28,395 nucleotides of DNA from a virus (Duplodnaviria > Caudoviricetes): positions 1 through 28,395 of IMG/VR virus record IMGVR_UViG_3300005512_000250. One strand, 5' to 3'. How positions within the stretch are numbered: the stretch's first letter is position 1; every line of letters starts with the position of its first letter. A program made the position numbers and the translations under genes. Of the stretch, positions 1-8,869 are shown in pieces. The notes under the pieces were generated by a model that saw nothing but the letters and a program-made list of their open reading frames with translations, had not been told where the DNA came from and searched no databases.

Positions 1-15
1 AGACAGGAGATCAAC

Positions 16-732
16 ATGGCTGTTCATTTTACTGGTCCTATCCTTTTTGCAGGCAAGGACAATCCGCGTAAGTGGTTCAAAGATCTGCCGATCGACAAGA
101 ACCCCGATTACATCACCAAGTGGGACGACTTTACTGGCGTAGCACTGGACTCCACCAACGACTGGACGGTCGTTAAGGATTCTGGCGCGGCGGTTGCTAT
201 TGTTGCCGACACGGTTGGTGGTGAAGTCGCCCTCACCTCTGCCGCTACTACCGACAACGACGGTGCCTCTATCCAAGGCAACGAAGTGTTTGCAGTGCAG
301 GCTGGCAAAGACCTCTGGTTTGAAACCCGCATCAAAGTATCCGACGCTGACGACACCGACTTGTGCGTGGGCTTCACCGTCAACTTTGCTACCAACCCTG
401 AAGCAATGCTTACCGCCGCAGACCGCATCGTGTTTGAGTCTGACGACGGCACTGCAACGCTACAGTGCATCACCGAGAAAAACGGTACCGAGACTGCTAC
501 GGCGCTTGCTACTGCATACGACCTAGCCGACGACACTTACGTCAAGCTGGGTATCCATGTGCTGAGCAACACCACGGTGGAGTTTTACGTCAACCGCGAG
601 CTTGTGGCTACCCATACCACCAACATCCCGGACGATGAGAACCTGACCATTGCGGCTATGGAACTGTCTGGCTCCGCTACTGGCACGAAGTCCGCCACCA
701 TCGATTACATGTTTGCCTCTGCGGCACGGTAA
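16..732 (+). CDS. Virion structural protein, beta-rich (possible ConA/LamG-like capsid decoration protein)
   Basis: 238-aa ORF with AGGAG RBS at 5-9. Acidic and Thr/Ala-rich; 'VEFYVNRELVATH' resembles ConA-like beta-sandwich strands. Function inferred from position. Confidence 0.6.
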   Translation: MAVHFTGPILFAGKDNPRKWFKDLPIDKNPDYITKWDDFTGVALDSTNDWTVVKDSGAAVAIVADTVGGEVALTSAATTDNDGASIQGNEVFAVQAGKDLWFETRIKVSDADDTDLCVGFTVNFATNPEAMLTAADRIVFESDDGTATLQCITEKNGTETATALATAYDLADDTYVKLGIHVLSNTTVEFYVNRELVATHTTNIPDDENLTIAAMELSGSATGTKSATIDYMFASAAR

Positions 733-747
733 AAGAGGGTTGGTGTG

Positions 748-888
748 ATGACTGCTAAGAAAACGGAAAGCAAGACAGAAACCAAAACACCCGCACCAAA
801 GAAGCAGTCTGCTGAAAAGGTTGCACTGCCCCCTGTGGGCAGTGCGGCCCATAAGGCGATGCTCCTGCGGGGAGAGATCAAGGAGTAA
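748..888 (+). CDS. Small Lys-rich hypothetical protein (46 aa, MTAKKTESK...GEIKE)
   Basis: Not in the ORF track. ATG 748 to TAA 886-888 fills the gap between neighbours, with GAGG upstream. Confidence 0.7.
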   Translation: MTAKKTESKTETKTPAPKKQSAEKVALPPVGSAAHKAMLLRGEIKE

Positions 889-891
889 GGG

Positions 892-1296
892 ATGGCTGAC
901 GCAGTTACCTCCCAAACTTTCATCGACGGCCCTAAAACGGTCGTCATGAAGTTTACGAACATCTCCGATGGCACTGGTGAGTCTGGTGTAACCAAAGTTG
1001 ACGTGAGCGCCCTGCAACCGTTGCCAGATGGCACGCCTTGCACGGGAGTCGTTATCGAAAAGATCTGGTGGCAGTGCATTGGCATGAAGGTGCAAATCCT
1101 TTGGGATGCTACTGCTGACCAGTTTTGTATCGAGCTGGGTGAAAACCAGTCAGGCGACCACGACTACTGCAAGTTTGGTGGCTTGACCAACAATGCTGGA
1201 GCGGGGAAGACAGGAGATATCAACTTCACCACGGTAGGCCACACAGGTGGCGATACCTACACGGTGATTTTGTATCTCCGCAAAGAGTACAATTAA
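892..1296 (+). CDS. Phage virion-associated protein (beta-rich, 134 aa)
   Basis: AAGGAG upstream; lies in the structural cluster; function not identified. Confidence 0.7.
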   Translation: MADAVTSQTFIDGPKTVVMKFTNISDGTGESGVTKVDVSALQPLPDGTPCTGVVIEKIWWQCIGMKVQILWDATADQFCIELGENQSGDHDYCKFGGLTNNAGAGKTGDINFTTVGHTGGDTYTVILYLRKEYN

Positions 1297-1307
1297 GGGG
1301 ATGACAA

Positions 1308-2096
1308 ATGGCTCGCGAAATTAGTTCTATCACCCGCGTTGGAACTTCTGAGCCGTTTGAGCTTCAAGTCTCCCGTGGACAGATTGCGTGGCATAGCACT
1401 CTGTACAAGTTCGGGTTCAATAACGTCGTCGGCACCAGCAACGAAACCATCTGGGATGGTGGCGGTTTGTACGCATATCCTGCCGCCGCCGCAGTTATGT
1501 ACGTCTCTTCCAGTAGCACTAATGATGCCGCCGCAGGTACGGGTGCTCGCACGATTGAAATCCAAGGTTTAGACACCAACTACGAACCAATCACGGAAAC
1601 GGTCACCCTTAACGGGCAGACGCAGGTCGCTACGACAAAAGAGTTTTTGCGGGTGTTCCGTGCGTATGTGCTGACCGCAGGTTCAGGTGGCACGGCGGCT
1701 GGTGACATTTATATTGGCACTACGGGTGCTAGTAGTGGTGTGCCTACGGGCACTTACTACGCCAAAATCACATTGGGGGAAAACCAAACCCTCATGGCAT
1801 TGTATACCGTCCCTGCAAACCACACGTTGTATGTGGTTCGGGGCAGTATCTCAACGGGCACAGAAAACGCCAACAAGTTTGTCAAAGGGCGTTTTGTAAT
1901 CCGCACATTGGGCGGAGTCTTCCGCACGCAAACGGTGGTCACCCTTTCGAACGGCTTTATTGATTTCGACTGGGAGATCCCGCTCGGTATTCCGGAGAAA
2001 ACAGATGTTGAGGCACGCGCAGTTTCTAGTTCGGGTGACCAGTCGGTAGCCGCGACGTTTGAGGGCGTGTTGATTCGTAATGGAGACTCGTTCTAA
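1308..2096 (+). CDS. Putative virion structural protein (Gly/Thr-rich beta-sandwich, 262 aa)
   Basis: AAGGGG RBS; composition typical of head/tail appendage proteins; TAATG overlap with the next gene. Confidence 0.65.
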   Translation: MAREISSITRVGTSEPFELQVSRGQIAWHSTLYKFGFNNVVGTSNETIWDGGGLYAYPAAAAVMYVSSSSTNDAAAGTGARTIEIQGLDTNYEPITETVTLNGQTQVATTKEFLRVFRAYVLTAGSGGTAAGDIYIGTTGASSGVPTGTYYAKITLGENQTLMALYTVPANHTLYVVRGSISTGTENANKFVKGRFVIRTLGGVFRTQTVVTLSNGFIDFDWEIPLGIPEKTDVEARAVSSSGDQSVAATFEGVLIRNGDSF

Positions 2097-2380
2097 TGGC
2101 GACAACCAAAAACGTCAAGCGAACCCCCAGCGGGCGATTGCAGTATAGAGGGGAAACGTTCAGTGGCTATAACAAACCCAAGCGCACACCTAACGGACCC
2201 AAAAAGTCTGCCGTCCTCGCAAAGAAGGGTGACCAAGTTAAACTTGTCCGCTTTGGCGACCCTAATATGTCAATTAAAAAAGACCAACCCGCTCGACGCA
2301 AAAACTTCCGAGCTCGTCACAACTGTGATACGGCAAAGGACAAGTTCAGCGCCAGATACTGGTCCTGTAAAGCGTGGTAA
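2096..2380 (+). CDS. Small basic phage protein (FGDPNM...RRKNFRARHNC...YWSC family)
   Basis: 94 aa, very Lys/Arg-rich. The motif is recognisable as a recurrent marine-phage protein of unknown function. Translationally coupled to the upstream gene. Confidence 0.8.
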   Translation: MATTKNVKRTPSGRLQYRGETFSGYNKPKRTPNGPKKSAVLAKKGDQVKLVRFGDPNMSIKKDQPARRKNFRARHNCDTAKDKFSARYWSCKAW

Positions 2381-2393
2381 TGGGGTGGTGTTC

Positions 2394-2615
2394 ATGGCAG
2401 ATAAGACAATACACGAGCTTGAGGTCGAGTTCACTGAATGGAAGACCCAGCAAAAGCATATAGTTGAAAAAGTGGACCAGTTACACAGCGACATGAGCGA
2501 GGTCAAAAAGGCCGTGTTCCAAGCGAAGTGGATGCTGGTAGGTGGTTTGGTCTTTGCAGGATTAATGAATAGCGATGCGTTCATTGCTATGCTAATGAGA
2601 ATAGGTGGGCAATAA
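2394..2615 (+). CDS. Coiled-coil plus C-terminal hydrophobic segment protein (XhlA/holin-like architecture)
   Basis: True start is probably ATG 2394 (GGGGTGG upstream), not 2163. Heptad-like N-half followed by WMLVGGLVFAGLM. A lysis role is inference. Confidence 0.6.
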   Translation: MADKTIHELEVEFTEWKTQQKHIVEKVDQLHSDMSEVKKAVFQAKWMLVGGLVFAGLMNSDAFIAMLMRIGGQ

Positions 2616-2836
2616 TGCCTATCACGCGGGGACAAGAACGTAAGCAAGTGGAGGGTACGATGGGTAAGAGACGCGGTTTGTACGACAACATCAATGCGCG
2701 CAGGCGTGCTGGTAAGTCGCGCCCTAAGAGCAAATCCACTATCTCGCCTGAAGCGTATGCCAACATGAAGGCGGGGTTCCCAGAGCGTAAGAAAGCCGCC
2801 AAGGGCGGTAAAATTGTCAAGGGGCCGTGTTCATAA
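2615..2836 (+). CDS. Small basic protein ending GGKIVKGPCS
   Basis: 73 aa, TAATG-coupled at both ends, Lys/Arg-rich. Confidence 0.8.
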   Translation: MPITRGQERKQVEGTMGKRRGLYDNINARRRAGKSRPKSKSTISPEAYANMKAGFPERKKAAKGGKIVKGPCS

Positions 2837-3087
2837 TGCCGTTTAGCAAATACAGTCCCAAGCAAAAGAAGTTGGCTCGTATAGCGGAGCCGCGCGATGC
2901 AATCACTGAAGCAGACTTTAAGGAGCTCGACATGAAGCGTACGAAGAAAATGGGTGGCGGCTATGGTCGCAAGAAGATGATGGGTGGCGGCGAAATGATG
3001 TCCCCCCGTAAAAAGATGGCAGGTGGCGGCTACGGTCGCAAGAAAATGAAAATGGGTGGCAAGGTCGTTAAAGGGCCTTGCTCGTAA
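2836..3087 (+). CDS. Small basic protein with KKMxGG repeats, ending GGKVVKGPCS
   Basis: Start at ATG 2836 overlaps the upstream TAA; 83 aa. Confidence 0.8.
   Translation: MPFSKYSPKQKKLARIAEPRDAITEADFKELDMKRTKKMGGGYGRKKMMGGGEMMSPRKKMAGGGYGRKKMKMGGKVVKGPCS
2944..3063 (+). repeat. Intragenic imperfect repeat encoding four KKM(x)0-2GG units
   Basis: ggtggcggctatggtcgcaagaagatga at 2953 versus ggtggcggctacggtcgcaagaaaatga at 3022. Confidence 0.85.
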
Positions 3088-3099
3088 GGAGTATAGGGT

Positions 3100-3789
3100 A
3101 TGGCGGTCTCCGGCTCTACAGACTTTGAACTCGATGTAGCTGACTACATTGAAGAGGCGTTTGAGCGTTGCGGTATTGAGGTGCGTACAGGATACGACCT
3201 TAAGACTGCGCGGAGATCGCTTAACCTTATGCTGGCCGACTGGGCCAACCGTGGGCTAAACCGCTGGACTATCCAGCAGACTACGCTCACGTTGGTTGCA
3301 GGCACGGCAGAATACAACCTTGGCACGGATACGATTGATATTCTCAGCGCGGTTATCCGTACCAATAGTGGTACTGCAAACCAGAGCGATATCAACATCA
3401 GCCGTGTAAGCCGCGATGCGTGGATCAACATCCCTACCAAGAATACGCAGGCCCGCCCGACGCAGTATTATGTGGACAGGCAGATTAACCCCGTGGTGCG
3501 CTTGTGGCCCACGCCAGATAGCGCCACGACCTACACGCTGGTGTACGACCGCCTGACCCGTATGGATGATGCCGATGCCGCGCAGAACACTATGGACATG
3601 CCATTTAGGTTTTATCCGTGTCTTGCGGCGGGGCTGGCCTATTATATCAGCATCAAGCGTGCCCCTGAGCGCATGCAGATGCTTAAGGCAATCTACGAAG
3701 AAGAGTTTGAGCGTGCGGCGGCAGAAGACCGCGACCGCGCGAGCCTGAGTTTAACCCCCAGCAGGGATTATTATTCGTTCATATCATGA
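3100..3789 (+). CDS. Head-tail adaptor / tail tubular protein A-like
   Basis: 229 aa with AAGGAG RBS. 'IEEAFERCG..ARRSLNLMLADWANRGLN' and 'RPTQYY..LWPTPD' are typical of podovirus adaptor proteins. Confidence 0.75.
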   Translation: MAVSGSTDFELDVADYIEEAFERCGIEVRTGYDLKTARRSLNLMLADWANRGLNRWTIQQTTLTLVAGTAEYNLGTDTIDILSAVIRTNSGTANQSDINISRVSRDAWINIPTKNTQARPTQYYVDRQINPVVRLWPTPDSATTYTLVYDRLTRMDDADAAQNTMDMPFRFYPCLAAGLAYYISIKRAPERMQMLKAIYEEEFERAAAEDRDRASLSLTPSRDYYSFIS

Positions 3790-4088
3790 GATACGCGGTA
3801 GGTAAAAAATCACTCGCAATATGCGACCGATGCGGGCAACAGTACCCGTACCTGACCTTGCGTAAAGAATGGACGGGGTTCAAGGTGTGTCAGGAGTGCT
3901 TTGAAGTTAAGCACCCCCAGCTTGAGCCAGACCCGCCGCCGTTTGAGCCGCAGGCTTTGTACGAGCCGCGCCCTGCACGGGTTGAGCCACAAACCGTGGT
4001 GGTGGGGCAGACGGTGTTCCCGCCGCCAGCTAATTTGTCCACGCAGGCGGTTGCCTCGGTGGGTAGCGTGGAGGTGTCGACGCCATGA
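3786..4088 (+). CDS. Cys4 (CDRC...CQEC) zinc-binding phage protein
   Basis: 100 aa, ATGA overlaps at both ends, two CxxC pairs. Confidence 0.75.
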   Translation: MRYAVGKKSLAICDRCGQQYPYLTLRKEWTGFKVCQECFEVKHPQLEPDPPPFEPQALYEPRPARVEPQTVVVGQTVFPPPANLSTQAVASVGSVEVSTP

Positions 4089-4735
4089 GTTTTACATACG
4101 GTCAGCTTAAGCAGGCGATTCAGGATTACACTGAAAACGACGAGACCACGTTCGTTAACAACCTGCCTGTGTTTATCCGCAACGCGGAAGAGCGCATCCT
4201 TAAGAATGTGCAGTTGGACTTGTTCCGCAAGAACCAGACGGCTACGTTCAACGCGGGTGACCAGTACATTGCTTGCCCGAGCGACTTCCTCGCGCCGTTT
4301 AGCTTCAGCTATGTGGACGGTAGCGGCAACAGCCAGTATATGGACTTCAAAGACGTAGACTTCATGCGTGAGTTTGCGCCTGATCCTACGGTTACGGGCA
4401 ATCCGCGCTACTACGCGGTGTTTGACGTGAACAACTTTATCGTCGCGCCCACGCCTAGCGCGGCGTTTGCAGTAGAGCTCCACTACTTGTACCGCCCCGC
4501 CAGCTTGACTACGTTGGCCGACAGTGGCACAACGTGGTTGAGCACCAATGCACCGATGGCAATGTTGTATGGCAGTTTGAGCGAAGCGTACACTTTTATG
4601 AAAGGTGAACAAGATTTGGTTGCTCAATATGACAAAACATTGCAGAATGCCATTGTTGGTATGAAACTCCTCGGCGAAGCAAAAGAGGTAACTGACGAGT
4701 ACCGCGTAGGCCGAGTACGGAGACCTAAACAATGA
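4085..4735 (+). CDS. Second adaptor-like / tail tubular protein
   Basis: 216 aa. 'FIRNAEERI', 'GNPRYYA', 'VAPTP' and 'LYGSL.EAY.FMKG' are typical of phage head-tail connector proteins. Confidence 0.7.
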   Translation: MSFTYGQLKQAIQDYTENDETTFVNNLPVFIRNAEERILKNVQLDLFRKNQTATFNAGDQYIACPSDFLAPFSFSYVDGSGNSQYMDFKDVDFMREFAPDPTVTGNPRYYAVFDVNNFIVAPTPSAAFAVELHYLYRPASLTTLADSGTTWLSTNAPMAMLYGSLSEAYTFMKGEQDLVAQYDKTLQNAIVGMKLLGEAKEVTDEYRVGRVRRPKQ

Positions 4736-5025
4736 TGGTAGCACCCGCCGAAGGCGCAGTAGATTTAGGAATCAGGGTAGAAGCGGTGAGCCACCGTGGT
4801 TTTACCCCTGAGGAAATTGCCGAGCGTTGCGTTGACCGCATTGTTTCGGTGTCGGACTCCGCGCACCCTGCTATCCGGGACCAAGCCCGAGCCTATAAGA
4901 AGCAACTGCATGCGCTAGTGACTTTTTATATGCGTGAGGCTATCAAAAGCGATAGAACCACTGTATACAATGAGCTGTGCAACGCGGGGCAACCGAAGCT
5001 CGCTGAACTCATAAGGAGATTGTAA
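4732..5025 (+). CDS. Hypothetical phage protein (97 aa)
   Basis: Coupled ORF filling the gap in the operon; start could be 4732 or 4735. Confidence 0.75.
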   Translation: MMVAPAEGAVDLGIRVEAVSHRGFTPEEIAERCVDRIVSVSDSAHPAIRDQARAYKKQLHALVTFYMREAIKSDRTTVYNELCNAGQPKLAELIRRL

Positions 5026-5026
5026 G

Positions 5027-5479
5027 ATGGCCTTCACGGGTAACTTCATGTGCACGAGCTTCAAACAGGAGCTCCTTTACGGCGTACACGACTTTGATGC
5101 TAGCACGGGCGATACGTTCAAGCTGGCGCTGTACGACAACAACGCCTCGTTTACTGCGGCGACTACAGCCTACACGGCGTCTGACGAAGTCGCAGGTACG
5201 GGCTATACCGCAGGCGGCGGCACGCTGACTAACGTCAACCCCACGACCAGTGGTACCACGGCGTTCACCGACTTTGCCGACCTGACCTTTAGCACGGCAA
5301 CCATCACGGCACGCGGCGCGTTGATTTACAACACCACGCCCAACACGACCTCGGTGAGCGTAAGCAACCCGACCGTTGTGGTGCTGGACTTTGGTGGTGA
5401 CAAGACGTCTACGGCGGGGGACTTTACCATCGTGTTCCCCACGGCGGACGCGAGTAACGCAATTATCCGGATCGCCTGA
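5027..5479 (+). CDS. Virion structural protein (beta-sandwich-like, fibre-associated)
   Basis: 150 aa with AAGGAG RBS. 'FKLALY...GYTAGG..L...TITARGALIYN...VLDFGGDKT' is a common phage structural family. Confidence 0.75.
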   Translation: MAFTGNFMCTSFKQELLYGVHDFDASTGDTFKLALYDNNASFTAATTAYTASDEVAGTGYTAGGGTLTNVNPTTSGTTAFTDFADLTFSTATITARGALIYNTTPNTTSVSVSNPTVVVLDFGGDKTSTAGDFTIVFPTADASNAIIRIA

Positions 5480-6108
5480 TGACAAGTGTTATCGTCCCCA
5501 TAGGCGGCTGGGGCCGTGCTGGCTGGGGCGATGGCCCTTGGAGCCAGAGTGGCTTGCCGTTTGCAACGGGGGCGGCGGGTAGCGTTACGGTAGATGCTCA
5601 AGCCAATGTGCCTGTAACGGGCTTGGTGGCATCAACAACGGTCGGCTCTGTATTGGTAATTGCAGAAGCCAATGTATCGGTAACTGGGGTTGCTGGTACA
5701 GGCCAAGTAGGCAACGCTACGGTAGATGCACAGGCGGTTGTGCCTGTCACTGGCGTAGCGGGCACGGCGGCAGGTGGCGCGGTTACGGTAGTCGCGCAGG
5801 CCCAAGTGTTCCCCACAGGCGTGACCGCATCGGGGGCGGTCGATGGCGTAAGCGTTATTGCAGAAGCCAACATCCCCGCAACAGGCATAGCGGCTACGGC
5901 CTCGGTTGGTACCATCAGCGTGATCACTACGGTAGACGTAGACGTGACTGGTGTGAGTGCTACGGGAGCCGTGGGTCAAGTTACAATTGATGCAAAGGCG
6001 ACGGTCTTCCCAACGGGAGTTTCGGCTACCACAAATGAACCTTATGTGTTAGTTTGGGGTGAAGTCAAACCAAATCCGGGAACTGTTTGGACAGAAATCG
6101 CCGCGTGA
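5479..6108 (+). CDS. Val/Thr/Gly/Ala-rich 22-aa repeat structural protein
   Basis: 209 aa. N-terminal GWG repeats, then six full 22-aa units (AxVxxTGVxATGxVGxVTVxAx) with partial units at either end. Confidence 0.8.
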   Translation: MTSVIVPIGGWGRAGWGDGPWSQSGLPFATGAAGSVTVDAQANVPVTGLVASTTVGSVLVIAEANVSVTGVAGTGQVGNATVDAQAVVPVTGVAGTAAGGAVTVVAQAQVFPTGVTASGAVDGVSVIAEANIPATGIAATASVGTISVITTVDVDVTGVSATGAVGQVTIDAKATVFPTGVSATTNEPYVLVWGEVKPNPGTVWTEIAA

Positions 6109-6117
6109 GGATGAGAA

Positions 6118-8565
6118 ATGGCAAGCACCTATACTACGAACCTTGGTATTGAAAAACCCGGAACTGGTGAACAATCAGGAACGTGGGGCACCACCGCCAA
6201 TACCAACTATGACCTCATCGATCAGGCTATCAACGGCATTGTGCAGGTCACATTGGCGGCGGCTGGGTCAAGCGGTAGCCCTAATACCATTGACATCACC
6301 AACGGCACTGCGTCCGATGGACGGAACAAATACATTGAGTTTGTAGATGGCGGCGACCTTGGCGCTACGGCGTATGTTCAGCTAGATCCTAACGACGCCG
6401 AAAAGATTGTGCACATGCGGAACAGCCTGAGTGGTAGCCGCTCGGTGATTGTGTTCCAAGGCACCTATAACGCCAGCAATGATTTTGAAATCCCTGCGGG
6501 CAAGGACGTTGTTCTCAAGTTTGATGGCGGTGGCGCGAGCGCAACCGTTACGCAGGTGTTTGTTGACCTCAAGCTAGACGCACTCGACGCCGCAACGGTA
6601 GCGGCGACCACGGGTAACATTACCACGGTCAACTCTACTACGGTAGACACTACCAATCTAGAAGTCACCAATCTCAAAGCTAAGGATGGCACCTCGGCAG
6701 GTTCCATTGCGGACAGCACGGGTGTTGTCACCATTGCCTCTGCGGTGCTTACCACGGCAGATATCAATGGTGGCACCATGGATGGGGTTACCATCGGCGG
6801 TGCCAGCACGGCGGCGGGTAGCTTTACTACGGTCACCGCCAGTGGGCGCGTTACGTTTGGCGAGCTCAAAGGTACGGGCGCTACGGTTGTCAATACCATT
6901 CTTGACGAAGACAACATGGCGACCAATAGCGATACCGCATTGGCGACCCAGCAATCTATCAAGGCGTATGTGGACAGCCAAGTTGGTACGGTAGATACGC
7001 TGGCCGAGATCCTTGCTAACGGCAACACGTCTGGCACGACCAACCTGATTATGACGGCGGGGCAGAGCCTCACCACCGATAGCATCTTGGAAACCAGTGC
7101 GGGCAACGGCGTCAACATCGACAGCGTTGTACTCAAAGATGGTGATGTCAACGGCACCATTGGTCAGGTTACGGCAAAAGCCGCCAACTTCACCACCGTG
7201 GGGGCTTCTAGCAACGTCACCGTAGGTGGCACGCTTGGCGTGACGGGTGCTACGACTCTTTCTAGCTCGCTCAGCGTAAACACGGGTGCGGTGTTTAATG
7301 AAAGCGGCGGGGATAATGATTTCCGCGTAGAGTCGGATACCAACGAGTACGCGCTGTTTGTGGATGCGGGGAATGACGCGGTTGTTATTGGAGCATCGGC
7401 GAGAGCAAATGGCGGCAAATTAACTGTTGCGGGTACGGCGGTCTTTACTTCCAACACCGCTGGAAGTTTTGTATCGGACGATGCGTTTATCGACTACGAA
7501 TCCGCTAATAAGCGTATGCGTATCCACTCTGGCGCTGCGGGTGTTGGCTCGTCTCTGTTGGAAATTGGAACAGTTATTGGTGGGCAACAACGATCTGCGG
7601 TAGAAGTAGATGGGAACGGTAACCTAACCATCAACGAAGATGGCGTGGATAAAGACTTCCGCGTCGAGTCTGACAACGATGCGAGTTGCTTTGTAGTAAA
7701 CGCTGGTTCAGACCGCGTTGCTATCGGAAACAGCAACCCTTCTGGCAAGTTTGAGATTTTCGGCGCGAATGCTGGCGACATCATGATGCGCATAAACAAT
7801 ACTGCGTACGGTAGTACAGATTCGTCTGGTTCAAGCAAACTTCAATTTGGTTGGTCTAACCACACTGGCGCTAGTATCGTTGCGTATAAAGACGGGACCA
7901 TCAACCGAACGGGTTTCATCATAAACACTGAAGTTGGTTTTAATAATGAAATTGAGCGTTTGAAGCTTGGCTCCAGTGGCGCTTTCACGCTTACCCCTGA
8001 AAGTGGGGGTCACGCGGTATTCAATGAAAACAGCACTGATTCCGACTTCCGCGTCGAGTCTGACACAAACACTCATGCGTTGTTCGTGGATGCTTCGACG
8101 GATCAGCTATACGTCGGGTTGTCGGTGGGTAGTTTTGGTGCAAAAATAACTGCGGAAAGTGCTAGTAGTTACACTTTTGAATCACGCAGAACAGGTACAG
8201 GTAGCGAAGGCCACATAGTTTTTCGCAATGCCAACGGCGCTGTCGGGAGTATTTTTACAAACGCCTCCGCCACCGCCTACAATACCTCCTCCGACTACCG
8301 CCTTAAGGAAAACATCGCAGATGCAGACGACGCTGGTGAGTTGATTGATGCCATTCAAGTTCGTCAGTTCGACTGGAAGGCTGACGGGGCACACCAAGAC
8401 TACGGCATGATCGCTCAGGAGCTAATGACTGTTTCACCTGAAGCCGTTACTGGTGATCCAGAGTCTGACGATATGATGGGCGTAGACTACTCCAAGCTAG
8501 TTCCCATGCTCATTAAGGAAATCCAATCTTTACGCGCCCGCGTCCATGCGCTTGAAAGTAAGTGA
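6118..8565 (+). CDS. Tail fibre protein with C-terminal intramolecular chaperone (peptidase S74-like)
   Basis: 815 aa with GAGG RBS. N-terminal 'MASTYT..LGIEK..TGEQSGTWG' anchor. C-terminal 'YNTSSDYRLKENI...GMIAQEL...VDYSKLVPMLIKEIQSLRARV' is the canonical S74 autocleavage/chaperone signature. Confidence 0.9.
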   Translation: MASTYTTNLGIEKPGTGEQSGTWGTTANTNYDLIDQAINGIVQVTLAAAGSSGSPNTIDITNGTASDGRNKYIEFVDGGDLGATAYVQLDPNDAEKIVHMRNSLSGSRSVIVFQGTYNASNDFEIPAGKDVVLKFDGGGASATVTQVFVDLKLDALDAATVAATTGNITTVNSTTVDTTNLEVTNLKAKDGTSAGSIADSTGVVTIASAVLTTADINGGTMDGVTIGGASTAAGSFTTVTASGRVTFGELKGTGATVVNTILDEDNMATNSDTALATQQSIKAYVDSQVGTVDTLAEILANGNTSGTTNLIMTAGQSLTTDSILETSAGNGVNIDSVVLKDGDVNGTIGQVTAKAANFTTVGASSNVTVGGTLGVTGATTLSSSLSVNTGAVFNESGGDNDFRVESDTNEYALFVDAGNDAVVIGASARANGGKLTVAGTAVFTSNTAGSFVSDDAFIDYESANKRMRIHSGAAGVGSSLLEIGTVIGGQQRSAVEVDGNGNLTINEDGVDKDFRVESDNDASCFVVNAGSDRVAIGNSNPSGKFEIFGANAGDIMMRINNTAYGSTDSSGSSKLQFGWSNHTGASIVAYKDGTINRTGFIINTEVGFNNEIERLKLGSSGAFTLTPESGGHAVFNENSTDSDFRVESDTNTHALFVDASTDQLYVGLSVGSFGAKITAESASSYTFESRRTGTGSEGHIVFRNANGAVGSIFTNASATAYNTSSDYRLKENIADADDAGELIDAIQVRQFDWKADGAHQDYGMIAQELMTVSPEAVTGDPESDDMMGVDYSKLVPMLIKEIQSLRARVHALESK
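7291..8120 (+). repeat. Three dispersed 'NE....DFRVESD....(L/C)F(V)V(D/N)A..D.(V/L).(I/V)G' modules in the tail fibre
   Basis: Copies near 7291, 7630 and 8017. Exact 22-bp direct repeat gacttccgcgtcgagtctgaca at 7654-7675 and 8044-8065. Confidence 0.85.
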
Positions 8566-8572
8566 GGTAAAG

Positions 8573-8854
8573 ATGAACACCGACCCCGCCCAGTGGGCGA
8601 TATTTCGTAGACAGGAGCTGATACACGCACACATTGACCAGCACGGGATGAAGAACCCCATCGTGGTCAACAGCAAAAACGAGCTTCAGTTTGGTGGGTG
8701 TCGGTTGCAGTATGCGGTGCTAAGAGGACTGGAAGAAATTGAAGTTATTGTCACGGACGACAAGAATGAAGTTCGGCGCCTGCAAGATGAGCAGGCGATG
8801 TTTGAATACACGTTCTTAGCCGAAGAGTACATAGAACGTAAACAAGGAGCCTAA
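8573..8854 (+). CDS. Small ParB/sulfiredoxin-fold-like protein
   Basis: Start ATG 8573 after GAGGT. 'IDQHGMKNPIVV...LQFGGCRLQYAVLRGLEEIEV' matches the ParB-N pattern G..PI.V...G..RL.A...G...I.V. Confidence 0.6.
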   Translation: MNTDPAQWAIFRRQELIHAHIDQHGMKNPIVVNSKNELQFGGCRLQYAVLRGLEEIEVIVTDDKNEVRRLQDEQAMFEYTFLAEEYIERKQGA

Positions 8855-8869
8855 AAAGGAGAAGTGACC

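Noticed and set aside
2163-2393. N-terminal extension of the 2163-2615 ORF as given in the track
   Set aside because: It overlaps the well-supported 2096-2380 gene; ATG 2394 has its own RBS-like sequence.
7654-8065. Tail-fibre repeat as the template/variable repeat of a diversity-generating retroelement
   Set aside because: Identity covers only 22 bp, flanking differences are not adenine-specific, and no reverse transcriptase is in the window.
8573-8854. Calling this ORF sulfiredoxin or a partitioning ParB
   Set aside because: The motif is FGGCR rather than FGGCHR, there is no HTH or dimerisation domain, and no parA is nearby. Only a fold-level resemblance is supportable.
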